Shown here piece by piece: positions 56,707-64,000 of a stretch of DNA of 64,000 bases. How positions within the stretch are numbered: the first letter of the stretch is position 1; every line of letters begins with the position of its first letter. Origin of the DNA: Leidyana gryllorum EB-2025a (lineage: Eukaryota; Protista; Apicomplexa); the NCBI GenBank assembly GCA_048772705.1, contig JBLWGC010000230.1:372001-436000 (forward strand), given 5' to 3'. A program made the translations under genes and the position numbers. The notes under the pieces were generated by a model that saw only the letters and a program-made list of their open reading frames with translations, was not told the origin of the DNA and did not search any database.

Positions 56707-59700
56707 ATGCTCAAGTCAAAGGTTTACTCCTTCGCCAATTTGCCCCGTGAGCACAAGACTGTGATGCAAGGGGACCAGTTTGCCGACGTCAATGCCACTT
56801 GCAGCCCGCAACAGGCCGATCGCCGGCTCTGGCAGCCCGTCTTGCCTCTGGCCCTGCGTCGCCCGGCTATGACTCAGGTCGACAACACCGTCAGTCCCGT
56901 CGTTCCCGACGCTGACAAGCTGGCCACTATGTTCCCTAAGACTTGGGGTCAGAAGTTTATCAATCTGGTCCACAACCCCAAGGAAGAGGCCTGGGCGACA
57001 CACAGTCCCCTTCGTGTCGGTGTCGTTCTGAGTGGAGGTCAAGCTGCTGGTGGCCACAACGTAATTGCGGGCATCTTTGACTATGTGAAGCAACTGAACC
57101 CTCAAAGTCAGCTTATTGGCTTCCTGAACGGCCCTCACGGCATCTTTACTCACAACTACCGCGAAATCAGCGAGGAGTACATGGCGAAATACCGCAACAT
57201 GGGCGGATTCGACATGATTTGCTCTGGACGCCACAAGATTGAGTCCGAGGAACACAAGCAAAAGTCGCTCGAAGTTTGCCAGAAACTCGACCTTCACGGC
57301 CTCGTTATCATCGGTGGTGACGATTCAAACACGAATGGCGCTATTTTGGCTGAATACTTTGCGGAAAAAAATTGCAAGACTCGAGTCATCGGAGCTCCCA
57401 AGACTATTGATGGCGACCTCAAGAATGAGTTTATTGAAATCTCCTTTGGCTTTGACACTGCGGTCAAAGTCTACTCTGAGCTCATCGGTAACCTCTGTAC
57501 CGATGCCGCTACCAGCATGGATCGCTACCACTTTGTCCGTCTCATGGGACGCAGTGCCAGCAACATTGCGCTTGAGTGTGCCCTGCAGACTCGCGCGAAC
57601 CTCACCTTCATTGGAGAAGAGGTGCAGGCTCAGAACCGCAGTCTCAAGTCTCTCTGCGACGAAATCTGCGAGATGATCATCAAACGTGAGGCCGCCAACA
57701 AGCCTTACGGTGTCGTTCTTCTGCCCGAGGGCCTCATTGAGTTTGTCCCCGAGTTCGGCATTCTCATCCGTGAGATCAACGAGATTCTCGCCCACGGAGA
57801 GTTCGATGTCAACAAACTCACCGAGAACTCCAGAGCTGTTTTCCTCGAGCTGCCAGAGTCCATTCGCGATGAACTCTTGCTGGAACGTGACTCTCACGGC
57901 AATGTCCAAGTCGCCAAGATTGCCTTCGAGTCCCTCATCATCCTTATGGTTACTGCTGAGCTCAAGAGAAGGAACTTCAACGGCAGATTCATTCCTACCG
58001 CTCACTACTTTGGCTACGAGGGCCGATGTGCTATGCCCTCCAACTTTGATGCCAACTACTGCTATGCCCTCGGACACACCGCTGGCGCCCTTATTGACAA
58101 CGGCGTCACTGGCTACATGGCCGTTGTCAGAAACCTCGCTGCTCCCGCTGAGGAGTGGGTTCCTGCTGGCTGCCCTGTCACCATTATGATGAATCTGGAA
58201 CGCCGCCACGGAGCCGACAAACCCGTCATCAAGAAGTATCTTGTCGAGTTGGATAAGCCTCTCTACCAGAACTTCATGAAGGTTGCCGAACAGTGGAAGT
58301 ACAGAGACCTCTACCGCAACCCTGGCCCCATCCAGTTCGACGGCCCCAGCGCTGACTGCACGACCTTCATGATCAAACCTCCCAATTCAAGCTATCTTCT
58401 GCCCGATGTGCCCGAAACCAAAGCACACTTCAGCAAGTCTCAAGCGGTCATGTCACCGCTGCAAATTGAGCGTCTCAAGTACCGCGCGCCCAAGTCCAGT
58501 ATCCTCACCAACTTGAAGACTCGCGCGATCGTTGCGAAACGTTGCGCCTTCAACGATTCTCAAACCGAACGTTTCGTTCGTCGTTCTTATCCCCTTCAGA
58601 CTGATCGTCACGGCAACAGAGCTTACGCTGTTGAGCCTTGTGATGCTCCCAGTTCCAAGCCTCTTCGCCTCGGTGTTGTTCTCGGTGGTCAGCCTATCCC
58701 AGGTGCCATCAACGTTGTTCAGGGTCTCTTTGAGCGCCTGCAATTGATTGGCGGCAAACTCTTGGGCTTCAAGGGTATCACTGGGCTCTTGACTGGCGAC
58801 CACATCCTCGTCGACGCTGACGAACTCAGTCTGTATGTGAACCAGGGAGGTTTCGAGCTTCTTGGCCGCACTCCCGAGACCAAACACGAGTTGCGTGAGG
58901 ACGAGGGTCTCGAGAAGGTCACTGCCAGCTGCAAGTCGCTCGACCTCGACGGTCTCGTCATCATTGGTGGACAAACTTCGCTCACCGACGCTGCCGTCAT
59001 CACCGAGCACTTCTTGGCCAACAACGTGTCCACTCGTGTCATTGGTGTCCCGGCCAACCAGGAGAACAATGTCAAGCACAACATGCTCGAAGCCGCTATT
59101 GGATTCGACACCACGTCCAAATCCTACAGCAGTTTGCTCGGGAACCTCCTGACCGATGCTGCCTCTGCCACAAAGTATTGGTACTTTGTCCGTGTCATGG
59201 GCAATGTGCCATCCCACATTGTCATGGAGACTGCTCTTCAAACCCATCCCAACTTCACTGTTATCAGTGAGCGTTATGTTGAGGAGAACATGTCGCTACG
59301 CGATGTCGTTCGCGACATTGCCGATGTCGTCGCTCTCCGCGCTGCCCAAAAGAAGAACTACGGTACTGTTCTCATTCCCGAGGGTGTGATCCGCGCAATC
59401 CCGCAATACAAGGCTCTCCTGAGCGAGATTGATGCAATTCTGGCCCGCAACTCGGACGCTTCGGATGCAGACATGCGCAGTATCCGCTCTGCTCTCGTCA
59501 ACCTGCAACGTGACTCTCCTCACTTCAAGGCTCTGACTCCGTGGTCCGCCGCTCTTTTGACTACTCTTCCCGAGTTCTTCCGTGCTCAGATTCTCAAGGA
59601 AACCCCCACCGGCCGAATTGAGCTCTCTGAGATTGCTGCTGAACAGCTCATCGCTGTCTGGGTTGGTCACGAGTTGGCTGAACGCAAGAAGGCCGGTACC

Positions 59701-60294
59701 TACAACGGTTCCTTCTCGCCAGTGTGTCACTACTTTGGCTTCCAAGGCCGTTCTGCGATGCCTTCCAACTTTGACTGCGCATTGGGTGTCGCTCACGGGT
59801 ACCTGGCTTCCATCCTTGTCGAGTCTGACCTCACTGGTTTCGTAACCAGTGTCAGGTGCCTCTGCAACCGGCCGACCGACTGGCGGTTCTCGGCACTCCC
59901 TCTGTCGGTGCTGCTGCGCATCATGCCTGACGTCGAGGCCGCTGCTTACGGCCGCCGCGTTCCCATGGTGCCTTGTGCTGACGTGGATCTGGATGGGTCC
60001 GCCTACAAGGCGTTCGCTGCTGGTGCTGAGGCTTGGGAGACGGCTGATACCTTCTGCAACCCCGGCCCTGTCCAGTACAACGGGCCTTCGGCGGACTACT
60101 ACAACAGAACTCTGTACGAGGAGCAGTATGACTACATCTCTATGCTTGGGGAGTTGGAGGGACTGCTCGGTGTTATCGGCGGTGTTTGTTCGTTCGGCGT
60201 GCCGAAGGACACTCTCAAGACAGCCGTGACATCAATGGGCGCTTTGGCCAGTATTCTGTCCGATGGCAAGCATGGATTTGCTCAAGCTTTGTAG
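56707..60294 (+). CDS. Pyrophosphate-dependent phosphofructokinase, tandem two-domain type
   Basis: N-half: GGQAAGG, GGDDSN, PKTIDGD, MGR. C-half paralogous but degenerate (GGQT, PANQENN). Intronless, strong codon bias. Confidence 0.96.
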   Translation: MLKSKVYSFANLPREHKTVMQGDQFADVNATCSPQQADRRLWQPVLPLALRRPAMTQVDNTVSPVVPDADKLATMFPKTWGQKFINLVHNPKEEAWATHSPLRVGVVLSGGQAAGGHNVIAGIFDYVKQLNPQSQLIGFLNGPHGIFTHNYREISEEYMAKYRNMGGFDMICSGRHKIESEEHKQKSLEVCQKLDLHGLVIIGGDDSNTNGAILAEYFAEKNCKTRVIGAPKTIDGDLKNEFIEISFGFDTAVKVYSELIGNLCTDAATSMDRYHFVRLMGRSASNIALECALQTRANLTFIGEEVQAQNRSLKSLCDEICEMIIKREAANKPYGVVLLPEGLIEFVPEFGILIREINEILAHGEFDVNKLTENSRAVFLELPESIRDELLLERDSHGNVQVAKIAFESLIILMVTAELKRRNFNGRFIPTAHYFGYEGRCAMPSNFDANYCYALGHTAGALIDNGVTGYMAVVRNLAAPAEEWVPAGCPVTIMMNLERRHGADKPVIKKYLVELDKPLYQNFMKVAEQWKYRDLYRNPGPIQFDGPSADCTTFMIKPPNSSYLLPDVPETKAHFSKSQAVMSPLQIERLKYRAPKSSILTNLKTRAIVAKRCAFNDSQTERFVRRSYPLQTDRHGNRAYAVEPCDAPSSKPLRLGVVLGGQPIPGAINVVQGLFERLQLIGGKLLGFKGITGLLTGDHILVDADELSLYVNQGGFELLGRTPETKHELREDEGLEKVTASCKSLDLDGLVIIGGQTSLTDAAVITEHFLANNVSTRVIGVPANQENNVKHNMLEAAIGFDTTSKSYSSLLGNLLTDAASATKYWYFVRVMGNVPSHIVMETALQTHPNFTVISERYVEENMSLRDVVRDIADVVALRAAQKKNYGTVLIPEGVIRAIPQYKALLSEIDAILARNSDASDADMRSIRSALVNLQRDSPHFKALTPWSAALLTTLPEFFRAQILKETPTGRIELSEIAAEQLIAVWVGHELAERKKAGTYNGSFSPVCHYFGFQGRSAMPSNFDCALGVAHGYLASILVESDLTGFVTSVRCLCNRPTDWRFSALPLSVLLRIMPDVEAAAYGRRVPMVPCADVDLDGSAYKAFAAGAEAWETADTFCNPGPVQYNGPSADYYNRTLYEEQYDYISMLGELEGLLGVIGGVCSFGVPKDTLKTAVTSMGALASILSDGKHGFAQAL

Positions 60295-60359
60295 TTATTG
60301 GGTGAGTTCTCACGAAACTCCGAGGCAGTCTGTCTGATTCAATCGAAACCAAGTCGCTG

Positions 60360-60420
60360 TGTGCGTTCTCTTCGTTCTGTGCGCTCTGTTCGTTCTGTGC
60401 GCTCTGTTCGCCCTGTGTGC
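60360..60420. repeat. 9-nt-period minisatellite (CGTTCTGTG/CGCTCTGTT)
   Basis: Seen directly between the convergent stops of PFK and family B member 1. Confidence 0.75.
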
Positions 60421-60423
60421 TCT

Positions 60424-62421
60424 TTACGCACTCGAACTTTGCAAAATGCTGTTGAAGCGCCGGGCGGAGTCAATGCGCTTCATGAGCCATGCCAAGCGGC
60501 CCTTCCTGAAGACATGAGGCTGAACCTGGCCCAATCCGATCATGCGGATAGCCTGATCCACCATGATGTCGCTCACGAAGTCGGCGGGTCGGGGAAATAG
60601 TGATTTGCCTTGGACGAAAGCAGCAAGCTCTTGTGGGAGATCCTTAGTCGTCGCTAAGAAGACGACGTGACATTTGGTTGGCAGATGGGCGAGTTCTTGT
60701 GCAGTGGCATTGAGTGTGTGAGGGGCGAATTCTTGTGCAGTGGGATTGAGTGTGTGAGGGGCGAATTCTTGTGCAGTGGCATTGGGTGTGTGAGGGGTAT
60801 CACTGAGTGTCTCTGTGGCACCGCAGGTCTGAGGGGTACTATCCACCGTAGAGGCGGCCAATTGTGGAGCAAAAGCCATTCTTCTTAAGTCCTCCTCAGC
60901 AGCTTCTCTTCTTGTGTGGTCCCACAGTGGTATCCAGCCGGGGGTCATTTCTAGAACATCTCGATCACCAAGCCACACTCCGTGGACTAAGTGAGTTTGG
61001 GGGTTGATCATCAGGCAATAGGAGCGCATTGGGTGCCAAATGATAACGTGGCCACACCGAATCCACTGTCTTATTTTGGTCTTCGGGAAACTCTCTCCCT
61101 TTGAAAGGGTTTCGTCCCAGGCATTCAAACAGCGAGCGCGAATCACTTGACGTATCTGCTCGGCTACCTCCAGTGAAGAAGGAGGTACTGGACAGAATTG
61201 GGTTCCGCGAACGCACATGTTGAGGAAGTTCATGGCTTGCCTGCGGTGTAGAGAGTCCGGGCTATACGTTATCTCCCCTGTATCTTTGCTCTTCCGGTAG
61301 CTTGGCAGACTCACCTTGCCCGGGTGGTACTGCACGCTCACCACCGGCGAGAAGTGCCACTCATCCTTCGATGGTCTTTCATCATCCAAGCCGAGGAAGT
61401 GAGTCCTAATGGCATTCCCAGAGTATTTGTCTTCCCATTCGTATCCGGCAAAGTCTCGAGCTGCTATACATAAAGTTTCACGCAGCTGCTTGTCCGTCAA
61501 TATCTTCCTCAATATGAGGCGTCTAAATGGGAGGTGGATGGCACCTCCGGTCCGGAACACCCGAAGTCTGCTTCCTTCAGGTTTCTCCAAGGAGATCACC
61601 CAGTCCACTATCGGTTGACCCGGAGGCGTCAAGCGCATCACATAATCTCTACTTTTGTGCTGTGCTACCGCCCAATAGTGAATTTTCTCAATGCCGCGGT
61701 TCAGGTAGTCAGGCGGGATGTGCTGCTCGTATGCGTTGGAAGCCAGAGGCTGGTCCCACAAATGTCCGTACTTGTCCCATTCGGTCACAAGGATATCGTA
61801 AGCGTCTCTGACCTTCTCCCACTCAGCTGGCGGTACCTCCGGGAAGGGCTCCACCCTGGGGTGGGAGGATTTTGTCGGTGGGCACAGCGTGTATTCGCAA
61901 CGGCTAGCCTTTTCAGCGGTTCTATACCACTTGCGCAGCTTGTGCTCCACCCATGTCTTCGGGTCCTTTGGGAACTTGTCGTAGGCTTTGGTCTGAGCGT
62001 CTGGAATGTAACCCTTCATGACAGGATCGTGCTGAAATAACCCTTGTGAGAAGATATTGAAATTGAGATTTCGCAGCCAGAAAAGCTTTGTCGAATCTTC
62101 GTTCTCCCTCATGAAACGAAGCATCCCGTGATATTCAGAGGGTGCCAAAGATTCACGAGAATACCTTCTCATCGCACCCCCCACGTTCGCCTCGAAAATC
62201 ATTTCAGGCCACGTTTCCTCCTTCAAGATCTGGTCCTGGCATTGCAACGCCCCAGCGGCGGCTAGATGCCGCTCATGTGGGAAGGCCCAACCCAGTTCGT
62301 CATTCGAGAAGAGTGGGTAGTCCAAACCGTAACTGCTACTCAAAAGAGCTGCCCAGGCGAGACCCTCGCTGCCAAGGGGCTGACTTGAACGTCGTCCTGA
62401 AAAACGAAGTCTACCTGCCAT
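60424..62421 (-). CDS. Orphan family B member 1, with tandem PAM2-like motifs
   Basis: Uninterrupted ORF, first ATG at 62421; paralogous segment shared with the next ORF. Confidence 0.82.
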   Translation of the reverse strand: MAGRLRFSGRRSSQPLGSEGLAWAALLSSSYGLDYPLFSNDELGWAFPHERHLAAAGALQCQDQILKEETWPEMIFEANVGGAMRRYSRESLAPSEYHGMLRFMRENEDSTKLFWLRNLNFNIFSQGLFQHDPVMKGYIPDAQTKAYDKFPKDPKTWVEHKLRKWYRTAEKASRCEYTLCPPTKSSHPRVEPFPEVPPAEWEKVRDAYDILVTEWDKYGHLWDQPLASNAYEQHIPPDYLNRGIEKIHYWAVAQHKSRDYVMRLTPPGQPIVDWVISLEKPEGSRLRVFRTGGAIHLPFRRLILRKILTDKQLRETLCIAARDFAGYEWEDKYSGNAIRTHFLGLDDERPSKDEWHFSPVVSVQYHPGKVSLPSYRKSKDTGEITYSPDSLHRRQAMNFLNMCVRGTQFCPVPPSSLEVAEQIRQVIRARCLNAWDETLSKGESFPKTKIRQWIRCGHVIIWHPMRSYCLMINPQTHLVHGVWLGDRDVLEMTPGWIPLWDHTRREAAEEDLRRMAFAPQLAASTVDSTPQTCGATETLSDTPHTPNATAQEFAPHTLNPTAQEFAPHTLNATAQELAHLPTKCHVVFLATTKDLPQELAAFVQGKSLFPRPADFVSDIMVDQAIRMIGLGQVQPHVFRKGRLAWLMKRIDSARRFNSILQSSSA
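60688..60796. repeat. 36-bp tandem repeat x3 (PHTxNxTAQEFA)
   Basis: Visible in DNA and protein. Confidence 0.9.
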
Positions 62422-62753
62422 CGACTGTGATCGAAAATCACCAGCACAAAAAAAAGCGAGCCAGCAACAAACGAACAGTCGTACATTGGGCTTAGGTGGA
62501 GAAACGATCAATAATTAACCTTTCAATGCAATGGCACATCATTTTGAACTATCCATCAAATTCAGTGATTGTTGTTGGGCTGCTGCTGTTCGTCACTCCG
62601 AGCAGGGAACACCATAAGCGAGAAGCTTCCGCGCACAAAAATCCTGTCAGCACACGGCATTCTATGTCAATGAATTGCGGTCGCACAATTGTTGCTTATT
62701 GCAACTTATTTGACATCCGCGATTTCTTGACTTGCTGAGTGCCCCTGGCGGCT

Positions 62754-64000
62754 TTACATCTTCCCTTCTGTCATAATGTCACTCAGCCATTCCGCGCCTC
62801 CCGGCAAGTGAGACGACCACATATTCCAATGTATCTCAACCGGTTTCTCCGCCTTTCCTCCTTCTCGAATCTCCTTAATCTGTCCCCATCGATCAGTCTC
62901 TTTCGCCACGGTCTCCGTCTGAGGAGGCTGCCGCCATCGATCAGTCTCTTTCGCCACGGTCTCCGTCTGAGGAGGCTGCCGCCATCGATCAGTCTCTTTC
63001 GCCACGGTCTCCGTCTGAGGAGGCTGCCGCCATCGATCAGTCTCTTTCGCCACGGTCTCCGTCTGGGGAGGCTGCCGCCATTGCTCAGTCTCTTTCGCCA
63101 CGGTCTCCGTCTGGGGAGGCTGCCGCCATTGCCCGTTCTTTCTTTCTCGCATAAATCGTTTGCGTTCTGATTCCCTGCGATTCGCGTTTCTGCGCCATGT
63201 AGTTGTCAACCAGGATGGTTTTCCTTTCCCCTCCCCACCCACTCTCCACTTGAGCTCTTTCTCTTCACGCTTTGGCGGCAGAGCTCGCGTAAGTGAGGCT
63301 TCGATGTCTCTATCCTCTGGCTGCTCACCAGATCCCTCTTGGCTGCGTTCCAGGTCGCAAGGGCTGGTGGCACCTGAATGCGCGCCTTCCGCACACTCGC
63401 TTGCGCTATGCCAATCAGCCTCAAGAACACTGTCCGTCTCCGTTGCTGTCAAAAAGGCCGCTTCGCACTCTGTTTCTGACTCGGAAGCGAGTCCCTCAGA
63501 GGAGCGCGTCTCAGAGGGAGACTTCTCAAACGGGAGTCCCTCAGAGGGAGACTTCTCAAACGGGAGTCCCTCAGAGGGAGATTTCTCACAGGGGAGTCCC
63601 TCAAAAGAGAGTCCCCCAAAGGGGAGTTCCTCCTCGGAGGGAAGTTCGTCCTCGCGGGGGAGTTCCCTCTCAGTGGCGTATCTCTTTGATCTCCTTGTTA
63701 GTCGAGCGAATGTGAGGACCTTGGTTGGAAGCAGATAGAGTGGGCCCAGATAGCTCGCACTGAGTGGCAACGCGTCATGTGACTCCAGTAGTACGGAGTA
63801 GATGGCTTTTTGTTGTTGGTCGGCAACGAGAAAGTACGGCTTGGTGGGATGGCTGACCAAGAAAAGGTCCTTGGAGATGCGCCAATATGAGAAAGGGGCT
63901 CTCATCATCTTGCTGTTTTGATCTTGTTCGCTGGCGAGGCGACGGCGCACTTGATTACGAAGGGTCGTAAAAAGAATTCTCTGGTCCTCGTTTAGAGGTG
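62754..64000 (-). CDS. Orphan family B member 2, 5'-truncated, repeat-rich
   Basis: Frame is open to the window end; YWRISKDLFLVSHPTKPYFLV aligns with QWIRCGHVIIWHPMRSYCLM of member 1; shared SDIM near the C-terminus. Confidence 0.78.
   Translation of the reverse strand, partial: PLNEDQRILFTTLRNQVRRRLASEQDQNSKMMRAPFSYWRISKDLFLVSHPTKPYFLVADQQQKAIYSVLLESHDALPLSASYLGPLYLLPTKVLTFARLTRRSKRYATERELPREDELPSEEELPFGGLSFEGLPCEKSPSEGLPFEKSPSEGLPFEKSPSETRSSEGLASESETECEAAFLTATETDSVLEADWHSASECAEGAHSGATSPCDLERSQEGSGEQPEDRDIEASLTRALPPKREEKELKWRVGGEGKGKPSWLTTTWRRNANRRESERKRFMRERKNGQWRQPPQTETVAKETEQWRQPPQTETVAKETDRWRQPPQTETVAKETDRWRQPPQTETVAKETDRWRQPPQTETVAKETDRWGQIKEIREGGKAEKPVEIHWNMWSSHLPGGAEWLSDIMTEGKM
62886..63132. 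repeat. 48-bp tandem repeat x5 (WRQPPQTETVAKETDR)
   Basis: Near-perfect copies inside the coding sequence. Confidence 0.93.
63510..63670. repeat. 30-bp (EGLPFEKSPS) and 18-bp (ELPxEx) coding repeats
   Basis: Visible in DNA and protein. Confidence 0.85.

Noticed and set aside
56716-59796. Series of long antisense ORFs over PFK
   Set aside because: Explained by strong C/T third-position bias in the sense gene.
62421-62511. Signal-peptide-like extension of family B member 1
   Set aside because: Begins at TTG, not ATG; likely T-rich 5' UTR.
62886-63132. Regular repeats resembling a CRISPR array
   Set aside because: Head-to-tail 48-bp coding repeats with no unique spacers; eukaryotic context with no cas genes.
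1-64000. Prokaryotic or operon interpretation, alternative genetic code, tRNA/rRNA genes
   Set aside because: Split ORFs are resolved by canonical spliceosomal introns under the standard code; no tRNA or rRNA recognised by eye.

Overview
Eukaryotic, extremely compact genome: most introns are GT-AG and about 39-57 nt, and intergenic gaps are often under 60 nt. The ~1,200-aa two-domain PPi-dependent phosphofructokinase and this architecture suggest an apicomplexan, most likely a gregarine (inference). Positions 1-33.8 kb are a dense, intron-containing housekeeping block: Vps45, FHA protein, UGT, EF-hand protein, TatD, MATH protein, Bud31, Efg1-like, TAF13-like, LisH/TBL1-like, GT2, Cu-ATPase, and a giant apparent MATH/pseudo-USP/RluA fusion. 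Positions 33.8-53.4 kb are an accessory island with duplicated and decayed DNA, six co-oriented, apparently intronless paralogs of an unrecognised family (one frameshifted), and a GPI-anchored bacterial-type GH32 fructanase. Positions 53.5-60.3 kb hold ABCE1 (with one unusually long 406-nt intron), an A20/AN1 zinc finger and PPi-PFK. The window ends with two paralogs of a second orphan family, one carrying tandem PAM2-like motifs. Gene models were spliced by eye; no database searches were run.
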